Shown: in pieces, positions 18,274-27,969 of the stretch
Position numbering within the stretch: the stretch's first letter is position 1
How the letters are laid out: the number at the start of each line of letters is the position of its first letter
Assembly: GCA_030691635.1 (NCBI GenBank)
Contig: JAUYEF010000221.1
Coordinates: forward strand, 13,929 to 77,928
From: Bacillota bacterium
GTDB taxonomy: Bacteria > Bacillota > Sulfobacillia > JAUYEF01
DNA length: 64,000 nt
Direction of reading: 5' to 3'
Notes under the pieces: model-generated
Told to the model about the DNA's origin: nothing
Seen by the model: the letters and a program-made list of their open reading frames with translations, nothing else
Database searches by the model: none
Translations under genes and position numbers: made by a program

Positions 18274-19102
18274 GCGCGTCTCCCCCCCTTCCCTGTCCTT
18301 GTCCCTGCCCTCTGGTGGACGACCGCGTCTTGGGTGCGAGGAACGCGTTGAGCTTCTCCTCGACGATCCGCGGGTTATCGCCGGCCTGTATGGACAGGAT
18401 GCCTTCGACCATTACTTCCCGGATCAGGACCTCCTCGGCGCTCCTGCCTTTGAGCTTGTTGGAGAGAGGCGTGAACACCACGTTTGATAGCACAGACCCG
18501 TAGAACGTGGTGACCAGCGCGACCGCCATGCCTGGGCCGATCTTCTCTGGAGCATCGAGTGTGCCCAGCATCTGGATCAGGCCGATCAGCGTGCCTATCA
18601 TCCCGAAGGCGGGGGCCAGCGCCGCCCCGGTGTCGAACATGGCGGCGCCCGACTTGTGCCGGTTCTCCAGGAAACTCAGGTCTGTCTCCAGGATGTTCCT
18701 GACCAGCTCAGGATCGGTCCCATCGACGACAAGTTGCACGCCCTTTTTCAGGAAGGCATCCTGGGCCTTCGCCGCCTCATCCTCAAGCGCCAGGAGCCCT
18801 TCGCGCCTCGCCTTCTGTGCGTAGGCCACCAGAGTGGCGATCAGCTCAGCGGGGGGCATCATCTTGGTCCGGAAGGCGTTTCTCAAGATGCCCGGGACCG
18901 ATTTCACTCGTTCGAGCGGGTAGCTCGCGAGGACCGCGGCGAATGTGCCCCCCATGGTTATCAGGAACGATGGAAAGTCGACGAAAGCTTTCAGGGAGGT
19001 GGCGAACGACATGCCTGAGGCGGCGCCCCCGGCCACGATGCCCCAGCCGAGCAGCAACACACCCGATACAAGCCCTGCGACCGTGGAGATGTCCATTACC
19101 AT
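18254..19102 (-). CDS. motA: flagellar stator protein MotA
   Basis: 282-aa ORF with 4 TM helices and the MotA/ExbB-type C-terminal block (AFGMIGTLIGLIQMLGTL...GPGMAVALVTTFYGSVLSN). Confidence 0.85.
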   Translation of the reverse strand: MVMDISTVAGLVSGVLLLGWGIVAGGAASGMSFATSLKAFVDFPSFLITMGGTFAAVLASYPLERVKSVPGILRNAFRTKMMPPAELIATLVAYAQKARREGLLALEDEAAKAQDAFLKKGVQLVVDGTDPELVRNILETDLSFLENRHKSGAAMFDTGAALAPAFGMIGTLIGLIQMLGTLDAPEKIGPGMAVALVTTFYGSVLSNVVFTPLSNKLKGRSAEEVLIREVMVEGILSIQAGDNPRIVEEKLNAFLAPKTRSSTRGQGQGQGRGGDAREAIAE

Positions 19103-19299
19103 TCCTGCTCCACTTCCGCATGTATTACCGCTCTGCGGTACGCGAGCGTGCGCTGCGAGATCTGGGTGACCGTCTCCTGGACGATGATGCGCTTGCCCGT
19201 TGTGAGCGTCACCACCGTGTCGGGGGTGGCCTCAACCGTCTCGATCAGCTCGGCGTTTATCACAAGCTCCGAGCCGTCAAGTCTCGTGACCATGATCAT
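19096..19299 (-). CDS. flbD: flagellar protein FlbD
   Basis: 67-aa ORF MIMVTRLDGSELVINAELIETVEATPDTVVTLTTGKRIIVQE, the typical FlbD pattern. Lies upstream of motA as in Clostridia-type operons. Confidence 0.75.
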   Translation of the reverse strand: MIMVTRLDGSELVINAELIETVEATPDTVVTLTTGKRIIVQETVTQISQRTLAYRRAVIHAEVEQEW

Positions 19300-19321
19300 C
19301 CACCAAACCTCCCCGTCAGGC

Positions 19322-20548
19322 CTACCGTTTCAGATTCGCCAGCTCCTGGAGCATCTCGTCCGACGCCGTGATGATCCGGGAACTCGCCTGGAAACCGCGC
19401 TGCGTGATGATCATGTTGGTGAACTCAGCCGCGAGGTCCACGTTTGACATCTCCAGAGACGCGGGGGCGATCGCTCCGGTGCCGCTCGAGCCGGGCGCGT
19501 CCACCCTGCACAGCCCGGCGTTTGCCGTCTCGATGGATAGGCCTTCGCCTATCTTCAGGAGCCCGGCCGGGTTGGGGAAAAACGCTAGCGCCACCTGCGC
19601 GATGGGCTGGTTGGCGCCGTTCGAGTACGCTCCGGTGATGACGCCCTGTGAGTCCACCGTGAAGGACTTCAGCACACCGGGCCCCGAGCCGTCGGAACCG
19701 CTCAGCTCTGCGGTGGAAACGCCGTCTGGCGACGAGAACTGCGTCATCTCGTCGAACTGTGGGTCGATCACGATGTCCTCCGCCGCGGGCGCGGCTATCG
19801 TGATCAGGCCTTCGTCCTCAGAGTCGAAGGCGCCGTCTGGGCCGAATATGATGGTGCCCGTGCTCCCGGGCGCCACTCCGGCGCCTGTCGCCGTCCATGT
19901 CCACTCACGAAGCCCGGCCGTTTTCTCGAAACTGACGGTCACATCGTGTGAGTTGCCGAGCGAGTCGTAAGCCCCGAAGGCGACATTCACCTGCGTGCCC
20001 ACCGGGGCCCCGGAGTCCAGGTTCCGGGTAAACTGCGCCGCTTCCGTGGGCTTCGCGGGGATTCCCTTGCCCATCGGAATCCTGAGGTCGGTCATGGTCT
20101 CGCGATTCCGCGTTCCGAACTCGCCCGATGCGGCCATCCAGCCTTTCACGCGCATCCCCTGTACGCTCACCAGGTAGTCCTGCCCGTCTCTCCTGAGGTC
20201 GCCGGCGCGCGAGTAGTACTTGCCGGAGCCGTCGCTGAGGATGAAGAACCCGTCTCCCTGTATCGCCATGTCCGTCATGAGGCCGGTGGTCTGGACATTC
20301 CCTGGAATGTTGACCGAGTCGATGCTCCCGAGAGCCATCCCCAGGCCGATCTGCATGGGGTCCTGGCCCCCGGCGTACTCCCCGGGCGATGAGCCGCCTC
20401 TGAGCGTCTGGCTGAAGACCTCCTGGAAGTTGACCCTGCTCGACTTGAACGCCACGGTATTGATATTGGCGATGTTGTTGCCGATCACGTCCATCCTTGT
20501 CTGGTGATTCCTGAGACCGGAGATCCCGGAAAACAACGAACGCATCAT
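19322..20548 (-). CDS. flgE: flagellar hook protein FlgE
   Basis: MMRSLFSGISGLRNHQTRMDVIGNNIANINTVAFKSSRV N-terminus and a conserved C-terminus (LEMSNVDLAAEFTNMIITQRGFQASSRIITASDEMLQEL). Confidence 0.9.
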   Translation of the reverse strand: MMRSLFSGISGLRNHQTRMDVIGNNIANINTVAFKSSRVNFQEVFSQTLRGGSSPGEYAGGQDPMQIGLGMALGSIDSVNIPGNVQTTGLMTDMAIQGDGFFILSDGSGKYYSRAGDLRRDGQDYLVSVQGMRVKGWMAASGEFGTRNRETMTDLRIPMGKGIPAKPTEAAQFTRNLDSGAPVGTQVNVAFGAYDSLGNSHDVTVSFEKTAGLREWTWTATGAGVAPGSTGTIIFGPDGAFDSEDEGLITIAAPAAEDIVIDPQFDEMTQFSSPDGVSTAELSGSDGSGPGVLKSFTVDSQGVITGAYSNGANQPIAQVALAFFPNPAGLLKIGEGLSIETANAGLCRVDAPGSSGTGAIAPASLEMSNVDLAAEFTNMIITQRGFQASSRIITASDEMLQELANLKR

Positions 20549-21042
20549 GCGTAACCGACCTCCCTTTGTCCGGTCAACCTGTGCCTGCCGTGCGCGCCTC
20601 GGGCCCCCTCGTTGAGGTCCAGCCCACCGATGATGACGGCGCTATCAATGTTGGTGAAGACCCCTTCCTTGAGCCGCGAGCCACCCAGGGCGGTGATCAC
20701 CGTGCGGTTGGGGACGCTGACCACGAAAGCCAGTCCGTCCATCAGCACTAGCGACTCCCTCGCCCCCTTTTCTCCTGCCGCGTCGATCGCCCCGGCCAGG
20801 CGCTCAATGTCCGGGCGTGTCAGGCTGCGGCCTGCCTGCTCCAACCTCGCCCAGGCATGACCGGAAAGGCTCATGCCGCAATCGCTGCAGCACCTCCTGA
20901 GTTCGGCCTCGAAACTGGCGCTGCACTCCCGGTGGCCGGCCGCCCGGGAGTGCCGGCTGCCCGCTGTGGGAGATGCCGGAGCCCCTGGCGAAGCGGTTGG
21001 GGCCTTAGCGCCCGGCGCCATCCGAACGTGGTCCGGCTGCAT
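20545..21042 (-). CDS. flagellar operon protein of the TIGR02530-like family
   Basis: C-terminal half LSGHAWARLEQAGRSLTRPDIERLAGAIDAAGEKGARESLVLMDGLAFVVSVPNRTVITAL...VFTNIDSAVII matches my recollection of this small family, which is found between flgD and flgE in Firmicutes. The N-terminal 55 aa are low-complexity. Confidence 0.6.
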   Translation of the reverse strand: MQPDHVRMAPGAKAPTASPGAPASPTAGSRHSRAAGHRECSASFEAELRRCCSDCGMSLSGHAWARLEQAGRSLTRPDIERLAGAIDAAGEKGARESLVLMDGLAFVVSVPNRTVITALGGSRLKEGVFTNIDSAVIIGGLDLNEGARGAHGRHRLTGQREVGYA

Positions 21043-21441
21043 CTAAGAACCCTCCTTCCATATTGCCGACAGAGCGTTCATGGGCACTCTCTGGCCACAG
21101 ACCTCAACCAGCATGCCTGCATCTCCTGTGACGAGTGCGGTGATCTCTCCCTCCACGGGCCCGCCTGTTGTCTCGGCGCGGGCATACAGGCCGATCAGGG
21201 TGGCGGCCTTGAACAGGTCCTGACCTCCACCAGCCATGCGTTCGAGAAGCGCGTTGCCACGCTTGATCTCATCGAGCTCGGAGAACTGGGCGGCCTGCGA
21301 GATGAACTCTGCCTCCTCGAGAGGCTTCAGCGGGTCCTGGTGCTGGAGTTCGACCACAAGCAGCCTCAGGAAGTCCCGGGTCTCGAGTCCAAGGCTGCGG
21401 GTGTACCCCCTGGCCTCGGCGTTTACCGGTGACACTTGCAT
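21043..21441 (-). CDS. flgD: flagellar hook capping/assembly protein FlgD
   Basis: LGLETRDFLRLLVVELQHQDPLKPLEEAEFISQAAQFSELDEI is the FlgD signature. Start set at ATG 21441 (GAGGAG 7 nt upstream); the track ORF extends to 21648, antisense-overlapping fliK. Confidence 0.8.
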   Translation of the reverse strand: MQVSPVNAEARGYTRSLGLETRDFLRLLVVELQHQDPLKPLEEAEFISQAAQFSELDEIKRGNALLERMAGGGQDLFKAATLIGLYARAETTGGPVEGEITALVTGDAGMLVEVCGQRVPMNALSAIWKEGS

Positions 21442-21454
21442 CGTCATTCTCCTC

Positions 21455-22594
21455 TCATGCGATGGTGTCGAGAATCCTTGATGCTCCGGGCAACAGAGAG
21501 ACGCTATGTTCGGACGGCGAATCGCGCGAACGTTCCGGCCCACAGGCATGCTGGTGGCCCGGAGTGAATGCCCTGCCACCAGAGTCCGAGTCCTGCCCCG
21601 TCTGGCCGCCCGCCCATGACAGCGACAGGCCGACCGACATATGCTCAACCGCCACCCCTGTACGGGCCAGGTCCTGGGTCAGGCCGCCGAAGCCCTGCCT
21701 GAGCGCGCCGAGCGCGCCCTGCGTGTTCACCCGGAACGAGGCCACCAGGCCCTTCGGCGCGGATACAAGGCGCAGCCAGACGCTCCCGAGGTTCTCTGGC
21801 TCCAGCACCATCCGTATCTCGGGATGGCTGGATGCGTTGCCAGGCTCGGACATCCTCGCCGCCCGCGCGGCAGCCGTGCCGCTTGTCGCCGGGCCGCCGT
21901 GGCCCTCACGCGGCGCAAGAACGGTTTCCGGGGACGACGTTGGTGGCAGGGCCTGCGCTGCGGACTGGGCTGCGGTCGCTTCACCGCGGTCCGCCTTCAC
22001 GGCAGCCGCCGTGCGGGTTGCGGATACCGGAATCGTCTTTTCTGGATCCGCGCGGTCCTCTAGGCCGCCTGGCAAGTCCTGTGCGGGGGTGCCGCGGGGC
22101 CAATGGTCCAGCAAGCCATCTGAAGGAGTTCCACCGGAGAAGCGGTCAGGACCTGACGAGTCCTTCACCTGGCCCTCAAGTTCTGTGGCGTACCGCGCCG
22201 AGCGCACAGCCGCTGTATGCCTGGGCACGGGCTGGGTGGACACCTCTTCCGTTCCCTGCGTCACAATGGCGGTACCGGCGACCGCACCTGCAGGGCTTTG
22301 GAGCGTGGGCGACGCGGGTGCAGCGCCGTCCGGGTCAAGCTGGCCGGACTGCGACTGCTCGCCGGGCACAGGCAGGACTCGCCCCGCCTGCCGCACGACG
22401 TCGCTGGCCTGCGCCGGAGCGGGCGTGGGAGTCTCCCCCGCTCCGCCCATGAGGCAGCCCAGCAGCAGGCACGCAAAGCTCAGGCCCAGGACGTCTGCCG
22501 GGCCCGCTCCGGCGCAGGCCGTGGCGCGGCCGGCCGGTGCCCCAGGAGCCGGTGCGATACCCGGCGGTGATGCCGGACATGTGATGTTTTCCAT
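21455..22594 (-). CDS. fliK: flagellar hook-length control protein FliK
   Basis: 379-aa ORF with a Pro/Ala/Gly/Thr-rich N-terminal ruler and a C-terminal Flg_hook-like domain (EIRMVLEPENLGSVWLRLVSAPKGLVASFRVNTQGALGALRQGFGGLTQDLARTGV). Confidence 0.7.
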   Translation of the reverse strand: MENITCPASPPGIAPAPGAPAGRATACAGAGPADVLGLSFACLLLGCLMGGAGETPTPAPAQASDVVRQAGRVLPVPGEQSQSGQLDPDGAAPASPTLQSPAGAVAGTAIVTQGTEEVSTQPVPRHTAAVRSARYATELEGQVKDSSGPDRFSGGTPSDGLLDHWPRGTPAQDLPGGLEDRADPEKTIPVSATRTAAAVKADRGEATAAQSAAQALPPTSSPETVLAPREGHGGPATSGTAAARAARMSEPGNASSHPEIRMVLEPENLGSVWLRLVSAPKGLVASFRVNTQGALGALRQGFGGLTQDLARTGVAVEHMSVGLSLSWAGGQTGQDSDSGGRAFTPGHQHACGPERSRDSPSEHSVSLLPGASRILDTIA

Positions 22595-23035
22595 CTATCT
22601 CACCTCCCTTCGCGCCCTGAACATGTCGTCGAGTTCGCGGCCATCCTCACGGTTGGCCCGGTACAGGTGGTCCGCCGCGCGTCTCCGCCTCAACCTTTCG
22701 AGCGTCTTCCTGTCGCGCCGCGCCACAAGCAGGGTATCCTGCGATCCGGCCACTTCTCGTGAGGCAGCCGCGACCAGCACGTTCTGGGCCCGCTCCAGCA
22801 GGTCAAGCCCCGACATATGTTCTTCTTCCCATCCGGCGGCGGATGTCGAGAAGGACGCACCGAGCACGAGACAAAGCCTTCGCCTCGACGCCTCCGCTCG
22901 AGCGCGTGTGTTCTGTCGCTGGCCCTGTGCGTGAGATAGGGCCAGCCTTGCGGCGACCAGCCGGGTCTCGCAGACGCGCTCCCGGGCCTTCCGGACGTCC
23001 AGGACTCGCTCAAGCCTGAAGACGAACCGCCTCAA
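22595..23035 (-). CDS. fliJ: flagellar export chaperone FliJ
   Basis: 146-aa predicted coiled coil starting MRRFVFRLERVLDVRKARERVCETRL. Lies immediately after fliI. Confidence 0.65.
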   Translation of the reverse strand: MRRFVFRLERVLDVRKARERVCETRLVAARLALSHAQGQRQNTRARAEASRRRLCLVLGASFSTSAAGWEEEHMSGLDLLERAQNVLVAAASREVAGSQDTLLVARRDRKTLERLRRRRAADHLYRANREDGRELDDMFRARREVR

Positions 23036-23048
23036 CGCGACACCTCAC

Positions 23049-24395
23049 CTAGAACGGGCAGCCGGCCCGTCCAGAGATTTCCGCCAGCCGCTCGACGGCT
23101 TCCGCGAAACTCGACTTCTCCCGTAGACCCTGGCTGAGATAGGCCCTGACATCGCCTGTCAGCGCGATCGCGAAATCTATCCTGGGATTCGAACCCGGCA
23201 CATAGGCGCCGATATTGATCAAGTCCTGCGCGTCGCGGTAGGTGGCAGAGACAGCCCTGAGCACCTGCGCGGAGCGCTGGTGCTCGGCGGAAGTGACGTG
23301 CGGCATGGCCCTGGACACGCTGGCCAGCACATCGACCGCGGGGTACTGGCCGAGCGATGCTATCTCCCGCGACAGCACGATATGGCCGTCCAGCGTGCCC
23401 CGAATCGCGTCTGAGATGGGCTCGTTGAAGTCGTCGCCGTCCACCAGCACCGTGTAGAACGCGGTTATCGTGCCGCGCGCCGCGGCCCCCGTCCGCTCGA
23501 GAAGCCGAGGCAAGGTTGAAAATACAGATGGTGTGTAGCCTCTCGTGGCGGGCGGCTCGCCAGCGGCCAGGCCCACCTCACGCTGCGCCATGGCGAACCT
23601 GGTGACGGAATCCATCACGAACAGCACATCGAGTCCCTGGTCCCGGAAGTATTCGGCGATGGTCGTGGCAACGAAGGCGGCCTTCACCCGGATGAGCGGC
23701 ATCTGGTCGGAAGTGGCGCAGACCACACATGACCTCGCGAGGCCCTCTGGCCCCAGCTCGCGCTCGACGAACTCGCGCACTTCCCTCCCGCGTTCCCCAA
23801 CCAGGGCCACGATGCTAACGTCGGCGGCCGTGTTTCGCGCCATCATCCCGAGCAGCATGCTCTTGCCAACACCGCTGCCGGCGAAAATCCCGAGCCGCTG
23901 TCCTCTGCCGCAGGTCAGCGGGCCGTCTATGCACCTGACCCCCACCGGCAGAGGCTCGGCGATGGGCTTCCTCTCAAGCGGTTTCGGCGGCGATGCCTGC
24001 ACCGGGTACCACGCATCCACGTGTAGGGGACCTTTGCCATCCACTGGACGGCCGAGACCGTCGAGAACGCGTCCCAGCACTCCAGGGCCGACACCGACCT
24101 TCAGCGGCGACCCGCCTGCTATGACTCGCACTCCGGGTTCGATGCCGCCCATCTCGCCGAGCGCCATGAGCACGGTCTGGTCCCCGGAAAAGCCGACAGT
24201 CTCGGCCATGAGCGCCTCGCCGCCCCGGCCGGCTATCTCACAGATCTCACCTACCTGCGTCCTGGGGCCGCGGCTTTCGATCGTAAGCCCGATGACCTTG
24301 CTGACCCTCCCGGAGACAACGACCGGGTCAAGGCCCTCAAGCCTCCTGAAGTACTTTGATAGGTCGATCCGGCCGGGTGCGCTGGCCTCAGCCAT
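23049..24395 (-). CDS. fliI: flagellum-specific ATPase FliI
   Basis: Walker A GIFAGSGVGKSMLLGMM, Walker B VLFVMDSVTRFA, and F1-ATPase-like architecture. Start set at ATG 24395; the track ORF extends to 24446. Confidence 0.95.
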   Translation of the reverse strand: MAEASAPGRIDLSKYFRRLEGLDPVVVSGRVSKVIGLTIESRGPRTQVGEICEIAGRGGEALMAETVGFSGDQTVLMALGEMGGIEPGVRVIAGGSPLKVGVGPGVLGRVLDGLGRPVDGKGPLHVDAWYPVQASPPKPLERKPIAEPLPVGVRCIDGPLTCGRGQRLGIFAGSGVGKSMLLGMMARNTAADVSIVALVGERGREVREFVERELGPEGLARSCVVCATSDQMPLIRVKAAFVATTIAEYFRDQGLDVLFVMDSVTRFAMAQREVGLAAGEPPATRGYTPSVFSTLPRLLERTGAAARGTITAFYTVLVDGDDFNEPISDAIRGTLDGHIVLSREIASLGQYPAVDVLASVSRAMPHVTSAEHQRSAQVLRAVSATYRDAQDLINIGAYVPGSNPRIDFAIALTGDVRAYLSQGLREKSSFAEAVERLAEISGRAGCPF

Positions 24396-25071
24396 GGCGG
24401 TCGACACCTCCAAACGCGGTGGCCACGCGCTCGAGCTGGGTGGCAATTCGCTCGTCGATCATGCCTCTTGATGTCTCGATCACGCAGTCGCCCGGCTCGA
24501 GCGCCGGGTCTTCCTCAAACCTCAGGCTTGCCGTGCGGCCATTCGTCCCTGGGCCTGAGCAGAGAGGCGCGAGGACCGTCGCGCTTGACGGGGAGACCCG
24601 CACGGTCACTGCCGTCCCATCTTCCACGCGGGCGATCGCGTCTTTCACCAGGCTCACAGCGGCTGCAGGGTCAAGTCCGATTTCCCGTTTCAGGATGAGC
24701 GAAGCCACCTCTATCGCCAGCCTGGCCACCTGCGGCTCCGCCTCCCTTATCGCGACCCGCCGCTGCTCTGCCGCCAGGTCCAGCTCCCTGTGGGCCTCGT
24801 CGACGCGCGATTGCGCCTCATGCGCCCCGGCCTCATAGCCCTGCTTCCTTCCCTCTTCGAAACCCCGCTCTTCTGCCGCCAGGGCCGCTGCGCGGGCCGA
24901 GTCCATAGCCTTCCGGATTATCTCCTCCGCGCGCTCCCGGGCCTTCCGCAGCAGGTCCGATGGCCTGCATGGCGCCTGGGCGCCGGCGACCTCCAGCAGC
25001 GCGACCGGCCACGGCCCGGCGCCCGGCCGCCCTGCCCGCGACTTGTGGAGCCTAGACGACAATCTCGTCAC
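24388..25071 (-). CDS. fliH: flagellar assembly protein FliH
   Basis: 227-aa ORF with a charged coiled-coil middle (EEGRKQGYEAGAHEAQSRVDEA) and a FliH/YscL-like C-terminus (LAIEVASLILKREIGLDP...IDERIATQLERV). Lies between fliG and fliI. Confidence 0.7.
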   Translation of the reverse strand: MTRLSSRLHKSRAGRPGAGPWPVALLEVAGAQAPCRPSDLLRKARERAEEIIRKAMDSARAAALAAEERGFEEGRKQGYEAGAHEAQSRVDEAHRELDLAAEQRRVAIREAEPQVARLAIEVASLILKREIGLDPAAAVSLVKDAIARVEDGTAVTVRVSPSSATVLAPLCSGPGTNGRTASLRFEEDPALEPGDCVIETSRGMIDERIATQLERVATAFGGVDRHG

Positions 25072-26077
25072 CCCCGCCGCGTGCGATTATGATCTCGCCC
25101 TCTTCTTCCAGTCGCCTGACCTGATTGACTATCCGCGTCTGTGCCTCTTCAACATCCCTGAGCCTGACCGGGCCGAGGAACTCAATGCTCTCGAGCAGGT
25201 TCTCGGCTGCTCGCTTGGACATGTTCGCCTGGATCTTCCGCTTCAGGTCTTCGCTGGCGGTTTTCAGGGCCATCGGCAGATCGCGGTTAAGGTCCACCTC
25301 GCGCAGCACGCGCTGGACGGCCCTGTCGTCGAGGTACAAGATATCTTCGAAGAGGAACATCCTCCGCTTTATCTCATCCGTGAGGTCCGGGTCCTCGACT
25401 GACAGCATCTCGAGGATGTTTTTCTCTGTGGCCCGGTCGACACGGTTCAGCACCTCGACGACTGCGCCGATGCCTCCCGCGGCCGCGAACCCGCGGGTCA
25501 CGAGTGACGCGAACTTCTTCTCCAGCACGGACTCGACTTCGTGTATGACCTCCGGAGACGTGCGGTCCATGATGGCGACGCGCTTCGCCACATCAACCTG
25601 CCGTTCCGGAGGAAGCGCGGAGAGCACGACGGATGCCTGGTCCGGGTGCAGGAAGGCCACTATCAGCGCGATCGTCTGTGGGTGCTCTCCCTGGATGAAG
25701 TTGATGAGCTGGGCGGGGTCGGTGCCCCGCACGAACTCGAACGGCCTGAGTTGCAGCGTTGACGTCAGTCTTGAGACGATGTCGTGGGCTTTTTGCGGCC
25801 CGAGCGCCTTTTCCAACACCTCCTGGGCGTAGTCCATGCCGCCTGACGCAAGGTATTCCTGTGCCATGCACAGCTCGTGGAACTCCTCGAACACCCTGTC
25901 CTTGGTTTCTGTTTCCACACGAGCCGTGGTCGCTATCTGGAGCGCGATCCTTTCGATTTCCTCATCACGGAGGTGCTTGAGCACTTTCGAAGATGTCTCT
26001 GGCCCCAGCGAGATGAGCAGCACGGCCGCTTTCTCGTGGCCCGCGAGAGGCGCCGGCTGTTTCAGCACCGGCGTCAT
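25052..26077 (-). CDS. fliG: flagellar motor switch protein FliG
   Basis: 341-aa ORF with GHEKAAVLLISLGPETSSKVLKHL, EDPDLTDEIKRRMFLFEDI and RAAENLLESIEFLGPVRLRDVEEAQ. Confidence 0.93.
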   Translation of the reverse strand: MTPVLKQPAPLAGHEKAAVLLISLGPETSSKVLKHLRDEEIERIALQIATTARVETETKDRVFEEFHELCMAQEYLASGGMDYAQEVLEKALGPQKAHDIVSRLTSTLQLRPFEFVRGTDPAQLINFIQGEHPQTIALIVAFLHPDQASVVLSALPPERQVDVAKRVAIMDRTSPEVIHEVESVLEKKFASLVTRGFAAAGGIGAVVEVLNRVDRATEKNILEMLSVEDPDLTDEIKRRMFLFEDILYLDDRAVQRVLREVDLNRDLPMALKTASEDLKRKIQANMSKRAAENLLESIEFLGPVRLRDVEEAQTRIVNQVRRLEEEGEIIIARGGGDEIVV

Positions 26078-27657
26078 CGCCTATCCTCCAGCATCCACGT
26101 GCGTATCAGTTGGGCGGCGCTTTCCGGGCTTTGCCTCGCCGCTCGTTCGACGATCTCTTTGAGCCGACGCTTCTTCTCCTGTTCGCGGTCCACCAGGGGC
26201 GGGAGTGTCTCGAGGCTGTCGCGCGCCGCCTGCGCCGCTGCCATGATAGCCTGTGCGGGGTCGAGTCCTGGGCGGTCCCTGGACGCCGCGGTCTTGCGCC
26301 GACTGATCAGGGCGGCCAGGAGCAGGAGCAACACCGCCGCAGCGCCACCAGCCGCAAGCATCCAGGGCTCGATCCCGGCCGCCGTGGGCTGCTTTGGCTG
26401 CTCCTCCATCTGCTTCTTGATGGCATCGAGCATCGAGGTGTCGAAGGCGATTCCAGTGACGGCGATGGTGTCCCGGCGTACTGTGTCAAAGCCGATCGCA
26501 GCGGCCACCGTCTTTTCAATAGCCTGCCTGCTCGCCTCGTCCAGAGCCTTGTTGACGACCACGGCGACGGACAACCGCTTTACCGACCCGGGCGCGATGA
26601 CGGTCCTCTCCTTGACCTCGCTGATCTCGTAGTTCCGGGTCGTGTCCCGCTTGTGCCAGTCGCTGGAACCCACCGGTCCAGGCGTCTGGTACTGCGGGAT
26701 GTTGGAGGTCGTCCCAGGGACTCCGGATGGCGCGGCGCCCTCGCCTTTGAACGTCTCCTCGAGTTCCTGCATGCTCCTGAGGATGCCGTCGGCGGCCGGC
26801 TGGTACAGGGTCCGGTCTATGGTCTTCTGGTCCATGTCAAGTTCCGCTCGTACTCTCGTGACCACGTTTCCGGGGCCCAGGACACGCTCCAGCAGCGACT
26901 GCAGGCCTTTCTCCAGTTCCGCCTGGAACGTCTCCTGGGTCCCGAGGCCCGACGCATATGGCCCCGCGCCACCTACGTCCGGCTGCGGATCACCGGACAG
27001 GAGCCTGCCGTACAGGTCGATGACCGCCACGTCCTCCGGCTTGAGGCCCTCCACGCTCCTCGAAACCAGGTGGACGATCCCTTTCACCTGGATCCGCGAG
27101 AGCTCGGAATGTGGGGCAAGCTTGAGAAAGACGGCCGCGGTCGCCGGTTTTGCCCTGGACGCGAAGTACGTGTTCTCCGGAATGGCCACGTGGACTCGAG
27201 CGTCCTCCACGCCCTCGATCTCCCGGATCGTGCGCACGAGTTCGCCGCTCAGGGCGCGGAGGTAGCTTATCCTCCTGTCGAAATCCGTCGTGCCCAGAGA
27301 CGCCTTGTCCAGGAGTTCGAAACCGGCGACGCCCCCCTTCGGGAGCCCCTCTCCGGCCAGGTAGAGGCGCGTGCTGGGGATGGAGTTCGCCAGGACCATG
27401 ATGGTGCTGCCGCCCGCCGACAGGCGGTAAGGGATCTTGCGCTGCTCCAGCTTCTGGATGATCTCAGACGCGTCACCGGAGTCAAGCCCCGAGAAGAGCA
27501 TCTCGTAGCGGCTGTTGCCAGCATAGGAGACTGCCCAGAGGTAGACCAGCCCGCCGAGCAGAGCTGCAAGCGCCAGGCCGAGCCCGGCTCTAGCGCCCTG
27601 CGGCAGGCTCGAGATTCGCTTTCTGGCCTCGCCGGCCAGACCCAAGAGACCGTTCAA
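26074..27657 (-). CDS. fliF: flagellar MS-ring protein FliF
   Basis: 527-aa ORF with an N-terminal TM helix, YscJ/FliF ring domains (YEMLFSGLDSGDASEIIQKLEQRKIPYRL) and a second TM helix near the C-terminus. Confidence 0.93.
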   Translation of the reverse strand: MNGLLGLAGEARKRISSLPQGARAGLGLALAALLGGLVYLWAVSYAGNSRYEMLFSGLDSGDASEIIQKLEQRKIPYRLSAGGSTIMVLANSIPSTRLYLAGEGLPKGGVAGFELLDKASLGTTDFDRRISYLRALSGELVRTIREIEGVEDARVHVAIPENTYFASRAKPATAAVFLKLAPHSELSRIQVKGIVHLVSRSVEGLKPEDVAVIDLYGRLLSGDPQPDVGGAGPYASGLGTQETFQAELEKGLQSLLERVLGPGNVVTRVRAELDMDQKTIDRTLYQPAADGILRSMQELEETFKGEGAAPSGVPGTTSNIPQYQTPGPVGSSDWHKRDTTRNYEISEVKERTVIAPGSVKRLSVAVVVNKALDEASRQAIEKTVAAAIGFDTVRRDTIAVTGIAFDTSMLDAIKKQMEEQPKQPTAAGIEPWMLAAGGAAAVLLLLLAALISRRKTAASRDRPGLDPAQAIMAAAQAARDSLETLPPLVDREQEKKRRLKEIVERAARQSPESAAQLIRTWMLEDRR

Positions 27658-27673
27658 AAGGCCTTCACCCCGG

Positions 27674-27958
27674 TCAGACCTGCATTCGCATTATCTCTAG
27701 ATAGGCCTCGAGCATCTTGTTCCTCACGGAGATCGCGAGCTGCAGCCCGAGCGTGGCCTTTTCGCTTGCGATCACGGCTGTGTGGATGTCGGCGTCTTCC
27801 TGGGATAGCAGTGAGAGGACGGCCGCGTCGGCCTGGTCCTCAAGAGCCCCAGCCTTCTCAATCGCAGTCTCCAGGGCTTCTCTGAAGCCGCCCCGCGTGG
27901 CCTGCTGGGCCGCTTCAGGATACCCCATTCCCACCCGGCCCAATGGCTGTACCGGCAC
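27674..27958 (-). CDS. fliE: flagellar hook-basal body protein FliE
   Basis: 94-aa ORF ending ASEKATLGLQLAISVRNKMLEAYLEIMRMQV. Confidence 0.8.
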   Translation of the reverse strand: MPVQPLGRVGMGYPEAAQQATRGGFREALETAIEKAGALEDQADAAVLSLLSQEDADIHTAVIASEKATLGLQLAISVRNKMLEAYLEIMRMQV

Positions 27959-27969
27959 GCGTAACCCCC

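Noticed and set aside
21429-22934. 501-aa plus-strand ORF
   Set aside because: It is antisense to fliK and fliJ, and its sequence is low-complexity and Ser/Pro/Ala/Arg-rich. The minus strand carries the FliK C-terminal domain and keeps the operon's tight gene spacing.
26110-27885. 591-aa plus-strand ORF, the longest of its kind in the window
   Set aside because: It is entirely antisense to fliF/fliE. Its translation is Arg/Gly/Pro/Leu-rich with no recognisable domain, whereas the minus frame gives canonical FliF. This is a typical high-GC shadow ORF.
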